From a virus, in the IMG/VR virus record IMGVR_UViG_3300045988_152007, positions 124,475-188,474 of that record: a stretch of 64,000 nucleotides of DNA, one strand, 5' to 3'. Every line of letters begins with the position of its first letter. Position 1 is the first letter of the stretch. A model generated the notes under the pieces. It had not been told where the DNA came from, did not search any database, and saw nothing but the letters and a program-made list of their open reading frames with translations. Below are positions 34,442 to 45,679 of the stretch, one piece after another. The position numbers and the translations under genes are program-made.

Positions 34442-36774
34442 TTAAATTTTTGTAATTGATTTTACTCTACTATTTTTAATTACTGATGAACCAACAGCAT
34501 ATTTAGAACCCAATGTAATATCTTTGGCAGAAATACAAATATTGTGCTTATCGCCACCAATAAATAAATTATCTGTATCATTAATCAAAGAACCAGCAAC
34601 AACCGGGCCAGTCATTTTATCTACCTTATATAGATTAATGCCGCGGCCACTACGTTTTTGAGTAGGTAATTCACTTAATTTAACTTTTTTAGCAAATCCA
34701 TTTTGAGTAAATAGTCCTAAATAATCATTATTATCTCTTAATGGCAAGACACAGACAATTTCATCATCTACTAAGTTAATACCTTTTACACCGCTGCTAT
34801 TTCGAGAAGTGGACCCAATTTCCTTACTATTAAATCTAATTGCATAACCATTCTTTGTAAGAATAATCAATTGTTCATCTTTAATTAGAGAAACATTAGC
34901 TAATGCATCATTCTCTCTAATAATAACAGCAGACATACCAGTTTTCTTTTTTGTCTTGATATATTCTTCAAGAGTAGTCTTTTTAATTAAACCATTTTTA
35001 GAGGCAAATAAAACAAATTCGGCATTTGTATCTCTATAAATAGAATACATTGTAGTAACTTTTTCGCCAGGTTCCATTGTAATCAATGCTGAAATAGGAG
35101 TTCCTGCACTTACATTTGTTCCTACTGGAATATCATTTACCAATAGACGATACATCTGTCCTTTATTAGTAAATAACATAAGATTATCAATAGTATTAGT
35201 TCTTAATACACAATAAGTAATATCTTCTTGTGATTTTATTCCCTTACCATTTTTCTTTTGGGTTTTAAAACTGGTAATAGGAATACGTTTAATAGTTCCG
35301 CCTTCAGTCATTATGACTACACATTTTTCAGGTTCTACATTAATAATTTCTTTTTCAGCTTTTTCTTCTACAATTTGTGTTAATTCAGTTCTACGATCAT
35401 CACCATATTTATCAACTAAATTTTTAAGGCGAGAACGTAATTCAGGAATAGGATTTTCACAAATGGTTTTAAGTTTAATAATTAATGCTTCAAGTTCAGC
35501 TTTTTCTTTTTCCAAATCCATTTTATCCAATTTAGATAATTTAGATAATTTCATGTCAAGAATTGCTTGTGCTTGAATATCAGTAAATCCCCAAGAAATT
35601 AATGTTTGTTTCGCTGCGCTAGATGATTCAGATTGCTTAATCATTGCAATAATTTTATCAATCATATCTAATGCTTTTAAAAGTCCTACGATAATATGTA
35701 ATCTATTTTCAGCTTTATTAATATCAAATTTACATTCTCTAATAATACAATTAGAATTAAAATCAATATAAAGTTTGATACAATCCTTAAGATTTAATTC
35801 TGTAGGAGTTTTATTTACAAGAGCTACTTGATTATAAGAAAATGTTGTTTGAAGATTGGTTTTAGCAAATAATTTACTTAAAACTGATTTAATAGGAGCA
35901 TTTTTTTCACATTCAATAACAAGACGGAAACCTTGCTTTCTATTACTTTCATTACGAATATCTTCAATTCCAGTAATATCCCCAGCATCACATAACTCAC
36001 CAATTTGAGTCATTAAATCTTCAGTAGTAATTCCATAAGGCATTTCAGTAAATACAATATTATTATTTTCAAATTGATATTTACCTCTAATTTTTACAGA
36101 ACCATGACCTGATTTCATAATTGCTGGAATATCATTTTTATTGATGATTATACCACCAGTAGGAAAATCAGGACCAGGAAGAGTTGGTTCTTTACCATCC
36201 ATATAATCATAAATAGCTTGAGCAACTTCTTTTAAATTATGAGGTGCCCAAGAACAAGCCATTGCAACACCAATACCAGAATTTGGATTACATAATAAAT
36301 TAGGAAAAATAGAAGGCAACTCAACAGGCTCTTGCTTAGTTTCTGAATAATTAGGAATAAAATCAACGCTATTCTTTTTAATAGAAGATAACATTCCTTC
36401 TTCAGTAATTTTAGCTAAACGAGCTTCTGTATAACGTTGAGCTGCAGGAGGATCACCACCAATATTACCATTTGCGCCGTGAAAATCAATTAATGGATAA
36501 CGCATAACCCAATTCTGGCTTAATCTAATAAGAGCGCCATAAATAGAACTATCTCCATGAGGATGCCAATCAGCCATTACATTACCAACGATATTAGCGC
36601 ATTTGACATGAGGTTTATCGTTCTTAAAGCCACAATCATATGTTCCATACAATATTCTTTTTGCTACTGGTTTTAATCCGTCAGTGGCATTTGGAATAGC
36701 TCTATCAGTATTAACTGCTACGGCATATTCAATAAAATTAGTGCCTAATTCATGTAATACATCGTTATTCAGCA
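34442..36774 (-). CDS. Type IIA topoisomerase, A (GyrA/gp52-like) subunit.
   Basis: DGLKPVAKRILYG motif and the catalytic-Tyr region. Long no-TAG ORF. The real start is probably the internal ATG at 36774, overlapping the upstream gene by about 10 nt. Confidence 0.85.
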
Positions 36775-38663
36775 TTGTAAGTTGCCTCCTTTGAATGTTC
36801 TTTAATATAGGCTTTTCTAGCATTAACTCCTTGACCCATTAAATCTTCAAACAATTTATCAGTAGCTTCTACATCTTCTACAGTAATTTGTTTAATAATA
36901 CGATTTTCTGGATCAGTTAAAGTTTCTTCTGTTTCATCAACATCCATTTCACCAAGACCCTTCATACGATTAACGATATACTTTTTACCTACATTTTCTT
37001 TACGAAATGCTTCAAGTGCTTCATCATTTTTAAGGTATTTATATTTTTTACCAATAGTAATCTTATAAAGTGGCGGTACACCAGCATATATATATCCATC
37101 TTTAATTAACTCAGGACAGAAATTCCAAATAAAAGTATAAAATAGATTTTTAATATGAGCACCATCAACGTCTGCATCGCTCATAATAATAATTTTACCA
37201 TATCGTAAATCTTCTGGATGATATGTAATTTTCATATTTTTAGGGTCAATAGTTAAGCCAAATGCTTGAATCATAGTCATAATTTCTGCATTCTTTTGAA
37301 TTTTATCAAGGCTTGCTTTTTGAGTATTAAGAATTTTACCTCGGACAGGTAAAACTGCTTGAAATTCATTATTACGAGCATCTTTTAAATTACCACTAGC
37401 ACTATCGCCCTCAGTGATATAAATTTCACATTGATTACGTTTTTTACTATAACAATCAGCTAATTTACTATCAAATTTTAAAGCTTTTTGTTTTTTCTCA
37501 TTTTGATTGCGAACAGTTTCTCTGGCTTTTCTTGCAGCTTCTCTTGCACGACGTGCATTTAAAGCCTTATCAGCAATAATTTTAATTGATTTTTCATTAA
37601 GCTCAAGCCATTTTCTTATACTTTCAGTAATCCAAGAAGTAAATGGAGACATATCCAATTTTACAATTCTACTCTTAGTCTGAGCATCATAACTTACTCC
37701 AGGAGTAGTAAGATTGAATACAAGATATAAGCCTTCTTGACAATCATCACCCGATAAATTTTCTTCTTTTTCTTTTAACCATTTCTTTTCACGGAAGAAT
37801 TTATTTAATTCACGAGTAAGAATAGTTTTAATTAAGGTAATATGCGGGCCACTATCAGTAAGTCCAGTATTTACGTAAGGAACAATAATAGATGAATAAC
37901 TATCAGTATAAGTTAATTCAAAATCTAATTTATTTTTTCCTTCATCTTTTTTAATAACTAATCTATTATCAATAATTTCAGTATTTTTAACTGCATCATT
38001 TACTAAATCAGTTAATCCATTAGCTGAATAATACTCTTCACCATTAAGAAGAATTTTTAAGCCGGGACATAAACATACAAGAACTTTAAATAACTGTTTA
38101 ATAGTATTTAAATTAACTTCTGTATGAGTAAAAAATTCTTCGCTAGGCTGCCATTGAACTAAAGTTCCTGAAGGATTGTCTTTATTATCCCAATCTCCAC
38201 ATTCGCGTTTAACAAATTCGCCTTCTTTAAACCAGACATGTTCATATTTGCCATCTCGATGAGTAATTACTTCAAGCCAATGAGATAGATATGTGACTAA
38301 TTTACTACCAATACCATTAAGACCAAGGGCAGTTCCTTCGTATACACCATCATCATCATATTTACCAGAGGTATTTAATACTCCAAATGATGCTTCAAGA
38401 ATAGTTTTACCATCTTCTCGCATTGCATTTGGAATAAAACCTTGTCCATTATCTTCAACAATAATTACATTATCTTTAGTAATATCAACTTTAATAGTAT
38501 CACCATGACCTGCTTTGAATTCATCAATAGCATTAGATACAATTTCAATAAGTAATTGAGTTGAATATTCAGTAGAACCACAATATACGCCTGGTCTAAG
38601 ACGAGTAAACTCTAATGGGGTTAATGATTGTATGCTATCTTCATTATATAATTTATTATTCAT
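36765..38663 (-). CDS. Type IIA topoisomerase, ATPase/TOPRIM (GyrB/gp39-like) subunit.
   Basis: GHKL ATPase N-terminus, EGDSASG TOPRIM motif and PLxGK. Confidence 0.85.
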   Translation of the reverse strand: MNNKLYNEDSIQSLTPLEFTRLRPGVYCGSTEYSTQLLIEIVSNAIDEFKAGHGDTIKVDITKDNVIIVEDNGQGFIPNAMREDGKTILEASFGVLNTSGKYDDDGVYEGTALGLNGIGSKLVTYLSHWLEVITHRDGKYEHVWFKEGEFVKRECGDWDNKDNPSGTLVQWQPSEEFFTHTEVNLNTIKQLFKVLVCLCPGLKILLNGEEYYSANGLTDLVNDAVKNTEIIDNRLVIKKDEGKNKLDFELTYTDSYSSIIVPYVNTGLTDSGPHITLIKTILTRELNKFFREKKWLKEKEENLSGDDCQEGLYLVFNLTTPGVSYDAQTKSRIVKLDMSPFTSWITESIRKWLELNEKSIKIIADKALNARRAREAARKARETVRNQNEKKQKALKFDSKLADCYSKKRNQCEIYITEGDSASGNLKDARNNEFQAVLPVRGKILNTQKASLDKIQKNAEIMTMIQAFGLTIDPKNMKITYHPEDLRYGKIIIMSDADVDGAHIKNLFYTFIWNFCPELIKDGYIYAGVPPLYKITIGKKYKYLKNDEALEAFRKENVGKKYIVNRMKGLGEMDVDETEETLTDPENRIIKQITVEDVEATDKLFEDLMGQGVNARKAYIKEHSKEATYNAE

Positions 38664-38677
38664 AAATTATCTCCTAA

Positions 38678-39076
38678 TTAAAGAGTTTTATAATTAATTT
38701 TAAATGTCCATAGGACATTATCTCCTGTTGTATCAATTTTTCTAAACACAGTGACTTCTGGAAAACAGACAGCAAGGCTTCTATTAAAATTTTCACCTTG
38801 GTCATCTTTCATAATTTCAGTAATAATAACTTTAATAATTTGTCTACCTTTTTCTAATTCATTAAGTAAATTAAAAGATATTAAAGCAGTAGTAAAAGTA
38901 TATGCATTTTTAAAAGTACAATTATTATTAATTTCTTGGTCCATACTCATAAGATACCTTAATTTATATTCTTTTTTATTTGAAAAAATAAAAGTAATAT
39001 CAGGTAAATATTTATTTACTATTTCTATATTATCAGTATTTTCTAATGAAGTAGTAATTTCTACATTATCAGTCAT
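38678..39076 (-). CDS. Hypothetical protein.
   Basis: 132-aa ORF. Confidence 0.5.
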   Translation of the reverse strand: MTDNVEITTSLENTDNIEIVNKYLPDITFIFSNKKEYKLRYLMSMDQEINNNCTFKNAYTFTTALISFNLLNELEKGRQIIKVIITEIMKDDQGENFNRSLAVCFPEVTVFRKIDTTGDNVLWTFKINYKTL

Positions 39077-39566
39077 TCATATTTACTCCTTTCTTCAAAT
39101 TAATTGGGTCAGTTTTGCCAGTAGCAATCATATCAGCCAATTCATTACCTTTAATACCAGAATGCCCTGCTACTTTGCGTAAATCAATTCTATATCCCTT
39201 TTTAACTAAATTATAATATGCTTGAATCAAATCAAGGTTTTCAGGAATTTTTTTATCACTTTTACGCCATCCATTATTTGCCCAACCATACATCCATTTA
39301 GTAAATGTTTGATGTACATAAGAGCTATCTGTATATACAATAGGAATAGATCTAGAATCATTACCATATTGTATCATAGCATAAAGAACAGCTTTTAATT
39401 CTTGAATATTATTTGTAGTATTAGTCTCCCAATGACCATAAGCATCAATTAACTTACCATTATCATCACAAACTACTACACCATATCCGCCTTTACTATC
39501 AGCTTTACCATTTTTGCTACAAGCCCCATCAGTGTAAATAATCATAAAGAAGGTCCTTTCTGCCAA
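39069..39566 (-). CDS. rnhA: Ribonuclease H.
   Basis: IYTDGAC ... TDS ... HSGIKGNELADMIA motifs. Confidence 0.85.
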   Translation of the reverse strand: MAERTFFMIIYTDGACSKNGKADSKGGYGVVVCDDNGKLIDAYGHWETNTTNNIQELKAVLYAMIQYGNDSRSIPIVYTDSSYVHQTFTKWMYGWANNGWRKSDKKIPENLDLIQAYYNLVKKGYRIDLRKVAGHSGIKGNELADMIATGKTDPINLKKGVNMND

Positions 39567-40135
39567 TCATGAGGGTTATCTATCCGATATTTATGAACTA
39601 ACTGATTATAAGTTCCTTTAAGAAACTCTTCATTTAAGATAGCTTTTGGATTAGTATGATATTTTTTAAGAAAAATAAATACTACATCTACAAATTCTTT
39701 AACGACAGGATGCATAAGAACATGTTTACGTTTCCCAAGCCACCACTCATATTCTTTTGTATAGGTAAAATCAGAACCCATGTAAGCTCTGGCTGCTCCA
39801 AGATAATCACAAATCATTTCTACACAATCTTTATAAGGCATAAGAATTGCATTAGGGTGTCCATCACCAATATTATCAATCCAGTATTCCCAATGATGTG
39901 TATTGCGGCCTTTATGATGCTGCCAAGCTTTACTGTATCCATTTTCATCTTTGCAATTATCTATTGGGCTTCTATTACCAGTCCAATATTTACAACTCTC
40001 TTTAAATTCAATATTTGAAAATTTGGATAAGTCATGTTTAATTCCTCGCCAAGGAATCCCAGCCATTTTGCAATATCTATTAACCCATTTTTTATGAGTT
40101 AAGACAGTCTTCAAATGGTTGAAGTAATTCATCAA
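39542..40135 (-). CDS. Hypothetical protein of a conserved phage family with a His/Trp-rich core.
   Basis: 197-aa ORF with no TAG. AGIPWRGIKHDLSKFS motif. Confidence 0.5.
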   Translation of the reverse strand: MMNYFNHLKTVLTHKKWVNRYCKMAGIPWRGIKHDLSKFSNIEFKESCKYWTGNRSPIDNCKDENGYSKAWQHHKGRNTHHWEYWIDNIGDGHPNAILMPYKDCVEMICDYLGAARAYMGSDFTYTKEYEWWLGKRKHVLMHPVVKEFVDVVFIFLKKYHTNPKAILNEEFLKGTYNQLVHKYRIDNPHDWQKGPSL

Positions 40136-40139
40136 ATTC

Positions 40140-40330
40140 AGTCCTTTCTTTTAAAATATCAATACCATCTATAAACTGACTATGAATAATTATAATTTTA
40201 TTATCAGGAAATTGTTTTTGTATATTTCTATAAAGAGATAATGTTTCATTCAATGGAACATCTTTATTTATATATACTAAAATTTTATCCTATTTATTTA
40301 ATACTTTACAATCTATATCTTTCATAATTA
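40140..40330 (-). CDS. Small hypothetical protein.
   Basis: Reconstructed, 1 TAG. Confidence 0.25.
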
Positions 40331-40472
40331 GTATTTTACCATAATTTTTTCTTAAAGTCAATGAATGTATCTTGACCTTGATTTTCCTAAAATTTTTTTG
40401 TATTCTAAGTATAGAAAATATCTATATTCTTTCTTATATATATTATATAATATTTTATTAAAAAAATAAATA

Positions 40473-40496
40473 AAAAAAAATAAATGGAGGATTTCT
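40473..40496 (-). terminator. Intrinsic terminator.
   Basis: AAATGGAGGA-tttc-TCCTCCATTT, followed on the - strand by a long T run. Confidence 0.75.
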
Positions 40497-40508
40497 CCTC
40501 CATTTATA

Positions 40509-40796
40509 TTAATCGGTGGTATTAATTTTAAGTTTATTATCGCCAAATGTTGCTGTCCAGTTTGTGACTGTTGGATAATTTTTACGAATAAAATCAAGTT
40601 CCAAATCAGCCTTGGCCTTTGTATAACGAATAAGTGCATGTTTATAAAGATTAGTAACCTTAGTTAATGTATCATTGTCACAATCTCTATCGCGGACAAT
40701 TACTTCAGCCATAATATCTTTATAAGCTTCAGTTTCAAAATAGCTATCCTTTAATTCATCAAGATATTCAGTAGGAATATCAATAAAATACTGCAT
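40509..40796 (-). CDS. Hypothetical protein.
   Basis: 95-aa ORF between a terminator and a promoter motif. Confidence 0.5.
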   Translation of the reverse strand: MQYFIDIPTEYLDELKDSYFETEAYKDIMAEVIVRDRDCDNDTLTKVTNLYKHALIRYTKAKADLELDFIRKNYPTVTNWTATFGDNKLKINTTD

Positions 40797-40857
40797 AATT
40801 TATATCTCCTTTTTATCTTTTATAATATATTTTAATATATTATATTCTAAAAATCAA

Positions 40858-41319
40858 ATACCGTAATCCATATTTAGTTCGTCACTATTCTAACTATCAG
40901 TATAAACTGTTAAATCAGTAGTAGCAGTTGAATCAGATGAAGAAGTAGAAACCTAATTATTTTTAATTAATTCTTTAATGACTTCATTAAAATCAGCATT
41001 ATTAGTATAAGTCATATTTAAGTATTTCTCTAACTAGCTATCTAATTCTTTCATTACAGTATCATATTTAATACCGCCTTTTGTATTTTCAAGCATACTT
41101 TTTTTATAATAAAATACCTAACTAACTCCATAAGCTGCCCAAGGCAGAGAAGCCGAAGCTGTTATCCAAGGCAAGGAGCCAGTGTATCCTTGAATTATAC
41201 AAAAAAATGCTAAAGCAATATATAAAAGGCTTGTTATCCAAATAAGAGCTGATTCTTGAATAAGTAAACCTTTTGAATATTCCTTTTTTGGTTTTCTCTA
41301 TTTTATATACATTTTATCT
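40858..41319 (-). CDS. Two-transmembrane membrane protein, a holin candidate. Contains TAGs.
   Basis: Reconstructed. Hydrophobic segments ALIWITSLLYIALAFFCII and LPWITASASLPWAAYGV. Lies immediately downstream of the endolysin. Confidence 0.35.
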
Positions 41320-41332
41320 CTCCTTTTGGAGA

Positions 41333-41542
41333 TTATTTATCACTCATAATACGATAAAGAACTTGAATCATTTCTTCACGAGTCATAAACTTTTTATACA
41401 TTGTATGACCTTTACCATCACCTTTAATGTAACCATTATCTTCAGCCCAAGTACGTGCATCAGCAGACCAAGCGCTAGGATCTTTTGCGGCAAGTTCAGT
41501 CAAATAATTAGTCATAAGTTCATTAAATCTTTCTTGAGTCAT
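41333..41542 (-). CDS. Small protein in frame with, and separated only by a TAG from, the endolysin. Either a separate gene or the endolysin C-terminal domain.
   Basis: AGGAGG then ATG 41542. The same frame as the endolysin continues through TAG 41558-41560. Confidence 0.45.
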   Translation of the reverse strand: MTQERFNELMTNYLTELAAKDPSAWSADARTWAEDNGYIKGDGKGHTMYKKFMTREEMIQVLYRIMSDK

Positions 41543-41557
41543 ATCTTCATCTTCCTC

Positions 41558-42625
41558 CTATACTCCTAATAATTCATTTACTTTTTCGGCAATTTCATAG
41601 TGTTTATTATATAAATATTCGCCAGGACAAGACTTATTAGCAAACCATCTATGAACTGTCATATTCTATTCTTCTGGATGGCCGATTAAGTTTTTATCAG
41701 CTTTCCATTTTAATGATTTAATATTATTACGTTTACAAATATCAACAAGCAATTTAATTAAAGAATTAAATGCTGCATCAGTTACTTTATAAGGCGAAGT
41801 AGTGTCACTAGCGACTTCAATAGTAATAGCACGATTATCATTAGCTCCATTAGAAGAACACCATGAACGATCTTTTTCTTCAACGTACATACCAATTCTA
41901 CCATCAGGGCCAATACCATAATTAGAAGAAGCTTGTCTTGATGTTGGTGCAAATACCTCTCCAAGAGCTTCAACAGAACATTGTCCAACTACACAGTGAA
42001 TCGTAACAGTATCAATTACATGGTTACGAGGACTTGTCTTATTAGGACTAATTTTAGTATAATTTACTAATGGACTATTAGTTTTACCATAACCATATCC
42101 AGCCATAGGATCATTATCTATCGTATCACTATCTTTGACTGCTGGATTATAAATAAATCCAAGAAATTTATAACCGGCGCCAGCGCCCCAATTACCATTT
42201 CCTTTTTTACGTGTTGCATTCCAGAAGGGATTCTTACTGCCCCAACCACTTTCAGATGTAATAATTTCAGTAGGACTTATTACTTTTTCTACAATAGCTA
42301 CGTGGCCAACACCATCGCTACCTTTTTTAGTAGCTCCTCCTTGCCAAACCATACAAGCTCCAAGTTTAGGCACTTGTCCAACTGGAATACCAGTATTATT
42401 ATATTCCATAAAACGTTCAGCATTAACAGGGCTTAAATATTTACAATAACCCCAATTACCAATTTCATTAAAACGACCATAGGCATAACCTACACAGTTT
42501 GATAATACATCACATTTACTATCTGTTGGATTGCCTTTAATAGCATATGAATAACCGCCATTAGCTCTTGTGATATAATATTTATTACCTGCTTCTGGTC
42601 GTGTGGTTCTCATTTTAAAAGCCAT
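41558..42625 (-). CDS. Endolysin: N-terminal CHAP peptidase plus C-terminal N-acetylmuramoyl-L-alanine amidase (Amidase_2/PGRP).
   Basis: CHAP Cys and His (CDVLSNCVGYAYGRF ... GHVAIVE). Amidase_2 motifs AITIEVAS and VHRWFANKSCPGEY. The amidase zinc-binding end lies past TAG 41663-41665, so that TAG must be read as sense. Confidence 0.8.
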
Positions 42626-42675
42626 TATTTATCTCCTTTCTCTTATATAAAAAGAGAAGAAGGTTATCCTTCTTC

Positions 42676-43932
42676 TCACATTTGTTCTGCTAATTCAGCA
42701 ATTTTAGAACGATGAATTTGTTTTAATTCAACTTCACCATATATATCATTATTTCGTAATATTTCTGATGCGCGGCGCATACCGTTATTTAATCCAGAAA
42801 AATTAATATCATCAACTTGAGTTTTTAGATCGCCGTCAATAATACAGATACTATCTTCTCCAATACGTTGAAGACTTAATTTCATAAGACCAATATCCAT
42901 ATTCTATGCTTCTGAAATATAAATACCTGCACGCATTCCTGTTGTATCATAACCACGAATATCTGATAATGGTAATAAAACTAATCTATTTTCATCAATT
43001 AATTTTTCTACCATCATTTTATCACCAAGTTTACTACTTAATAGATTACCAATTTGGCTATCTAAAAGTTTCTCATCACGAGTACCTGGATAAAAACCTA
43101 ATTTTGCAGAATTTTTAGTAGCAACTGTATTACAAAATACAATTATTTTATCAATTTTATTTCTTTCAAGGGCATTTAATAAATATGCTAATGATAAAAA
43201 TGTCTTACCAGAGCCAGCAGGTCCTTTAATCATAGTAATCTTATTATTTAAAAAACTATCAACTGCTAAAGTTTGATAAGGGTCATTTTTAAATGGTTTT
43301 ACATTACCAAAATAAGTAGAATTTAAATTACTATAAGAAATAGTTCTATATGTATCGCCATCCCATACCATTTTATCAATTATTTCTTTCTCTTGGTTAT
43401 AAATAATAACATATTGATTAATTAATAAATTAAATTTATTAATTTTTAAATTTTGATATAATTCAGTAATTTCATTTTCATTTAAAGTTACTTCAATATA
43501 TCCTGTATAGGGATCATGACGCTCTTCTTTTATAGACGATACATTTGATAAAAATAATTTAGCTATACATTTTAAAGTTAAATCATTAGTAATAAAATTA
43601 TCAATAGGATGATTCTTATTCTATTTATTATAACTTAATGCGGTCGCTAATATTTTCATATCATTAGTTATTGATAAATCATATTTCTATATGGGTTTTA
43701 TCATTTTTTCTTTATAAATAATTACTTGACATAAATCAGGATTATCATTTAAAGTTCTTAATAACTAACGAGCTGTATATTTTATATTAGCATCTTTATT
43801 AGCTGATGTTTTAATATTTTCTAATTCATCTAATGTAATAGATGAAATAATAATCTATTCATTTTTATCTTCTAATAAAGTTCCTTTAGTTAATAAACTA
43901 CAAGTATCATAAAAATTATATATCATCTTCAT
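42676..43932 (-). CDS. phoH: PhoH-like ATPase with an N-terminal PIN domain (YlaK-like), containing TAGs.
   Basis: GPAGSGKTFLSLA Walker A in fragment 42904-43371. A PIN-like acidic-residue N-terminal domain is reconstructed upstream. Confidence 0.65.
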
Positions 43933-44152
43933 ATTCAACCTCGTCTTCCTATGGTATTGAGAAACCAATTACATGTGTGTTATCAGTTTCAGTCAAGTTT
44001 GTGATTTGGCTGTTATATTCTGCTATTTTAACAGAAAACCAGCCTTTGACCAATTCGGCAAGATTTGCTATTAATGCTGTAATAAAATCTAATAGAGTTA
44101 ATCCAACAGTAGCAAATATAATACCTAGAATAAAATATAATATAAGAACCAA
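43915..44152 (-). CDS. Small N-terminal transmembrane protein with an acidic C-terminus.
   Basis: ORF 43949-44152. A TAG at its end is followed in frame by EDEVEYEDDI, which overlaps the phoH start. Confidence 0.35.
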
Positions 44153-44203
44153 CTCCTTTGAGGGTTTTTATTCCTATTATTATTAATTTTTTTAATAATA
44201 TAT

Positions 44204-44758
44204 TTATTTATTCTGGACCATTTGTTTATCCCAACTTTTGGACAAGTCCTCTAAAATTTCTCCGGTAGACCTAAAGCTTCCATCGGGATTAGTAATATTA
44301 ACTCCTAAATCTTGGAATAATTTCTCTTTTTCTACTGCTTTTCTTAATCTAATAAATTTATTTACAGATTCTTTATTAGTTATATATTCTCTTAATTTAC
44401 TTTGAGAATATTTAATTTTATTTTTAATGGCAGTATATTGATTTAATAGATTATCATATTCTGCTTTAATACGTTTAAATTCATATGATTGAGGATTTAA
44501 TTGTTTACTATTTAACATAGTGCTAATTAAATGTTCATACGCTTGAATTTGAGGAATAATTTGATTGTTTTTAATATGTTGCAAAATTTTAATTTTACAA
44601 CGACGTTCAGCAATTTCACAACCAGTGTATTCACTCATACAATCCCGATCATCTGGATGACATCTTGCAGTTCCAATAAAAGTATTTTGCCCATCGGAAA
44701 TAGTACAAGTTGTTGTGCCACGATGTTCATTATAATTAAATATAGGTTCTCCTATCAT
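44204..44758 (-). CDS. Hypothetical protein with a Cys-containing N-terminus and a coiled-coil C-terminus.
   Basis: 184-aa ORF. Its Shine-Dalgarno is embedded in the upstream hairpin. Confidence 0.5.
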   Translation of the reverse strand: MIGEPIFNYNEHRGTTTCTISDGQNTFIGTARCHPDDRDCMSEYTGCEIAERRCKIKILQHIKNNQIIPQIQAYEHLISTMLNSKQLNPQSYEFKRIKAEYDNLLNQYTAIKNKIKYSQSKLREYITNKESVNKFIRLRKAVEKEKLFQDLGVNITNPDGSFRSTGEILEDLSKSWDKQMVQNK

Positions 44759-44771
44759 AAAAAGAAAATCC

Positions 44772-44808
44772 TCCTTTTTTATTTTAGTATATAATAAAAA
44801 AGGAGGAT
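44772..44808 (-). terminator. Long hairpin (12-bp arms) acting as a terminator for the Cys-rich gene. Its 3' arm carries the Shine-Dalgarno of the next gene.
   Basis: TCCTCCTTTTTT ... AAAAAAGGAGGA followed by a T-rich stretch, then ATG 44758. Confidence 0.55.
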
Positions 44809-44816
44809 TGTCAATT

Positions 44817-45677
44817 TTATTTCACAGGAGCTGTTAAGGTAAATATTTTTTTTACGCATTCAATCCAATATAAAGCTGCTTCTCTATCTACGGTGTTTAA
44901 ATGCACTATTGTTGTTTTAGTAAAATCATCTGGGTCTGGGATTTCCAAATCCCAAATCTTAATAGGATTCATTTTATCTTGGTCTAATACAATACGTCCT
45001 TGATTTAAATTATTTAAATTAGTAATAATAGTTTCAAAGGTTTTATTTAATAACATAGTATATGTCATTTTTCCATTTTCATCTTCATTCCAATTGCTTA
45101 CAAGACCAGCAACACTATTATCACCAAATTCATTTATATAATTTTTATCATTATAAATTTTACTGACTTTTAAATTTTCAAATAATCTATAAATAACCTT
45201 TTTAAGATTATTTATGTCATCACTTTCTGCAATACGAGAAATATGTAAATTCTTTTCTAACTCATTTACTTCTTCACTTGTGCAACCATTATTACAGTGT
45301 CCAAGGCATCCTCCAGAGCAAGTTCCTGAACATTGTTCGGCACAGGCTGTTGTGCAAGTACCAGAGCATCCTCCGCTACAGGAGCCTTCACAGCTAGAGC
45401 AAGATTCGTCACAACCACCGCAATGTCCAGTACAATTATCACAATTTCCAGTACAGTCTGTATCACATGTTCGTTTTGGGCCACAATCTACACTGCATTC
45501 TCCACAACCTGCTACACAATCATCGCCAGAACAGCTAGAACAAGTATTCCCGCTATTCATACTATCACCATTAAAACATCCTGTTTCACAAGCCCCACCT
45601 GATAGCCCTGGTTGATAATTATCTGAGCCTTCATATCGACCCATTGTTCTACTATCTCGTCCTGAGTTACAAGCCAT
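44817..45677 (-). CDS. Cysteine-rich repeat protein with an N-terminal region of about 130 aa of CxxC/CxxxC repeats rich in Gly, Ser, Thr, Asp and Glu. A candidate radical-SAM substrate or metal-binding protein.
   Basis: 286 aa. About 40 Cys in the first 130 residues (CETGCFNGD...CSGGCLGHCNNGC). Locally GC-rich. Stop is 3 nt from the radical-SAM gene stop-start junction. Confidence 0.6.
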   Translation of the reverse strand: MACNSGRDSRTMGRYEGSDNYQPGLSGGACETGCFNGDSMNSGNTCSSCSGDDCVAGCGECSVDCGPKRTCDTDCTGNCDNCTGHCGGCDESCSSCEGSCSGGCSGTCTTACAEQCSGTCSGGCLGHCNNGCTSEEVNELEKNLHISRIAESDDINNLKKVIYRLFENLKVSKIYNDKNYINEFGDNSVAGLVSNWNEDENGKMTYTMLLNKTFETIITNLNNLNQGRIVLDQDKMNPIKIWDLEIPDPDDFTKTTIVHLNTVDREAALYWIECVKKIFTLTAPVK

Positions 45678-45679
45678 AA

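Noticed and set aside
45290-45620. GC-rich, highly repetitive nucleotide stretch that could be a CRISPR-like or tandem-repeat array.
   Set aside because: It is the coding sequence of the CxxC-repeat region of the Cys-rich protein (TGT and TGC codons). There are no regular spacer and repeat units.
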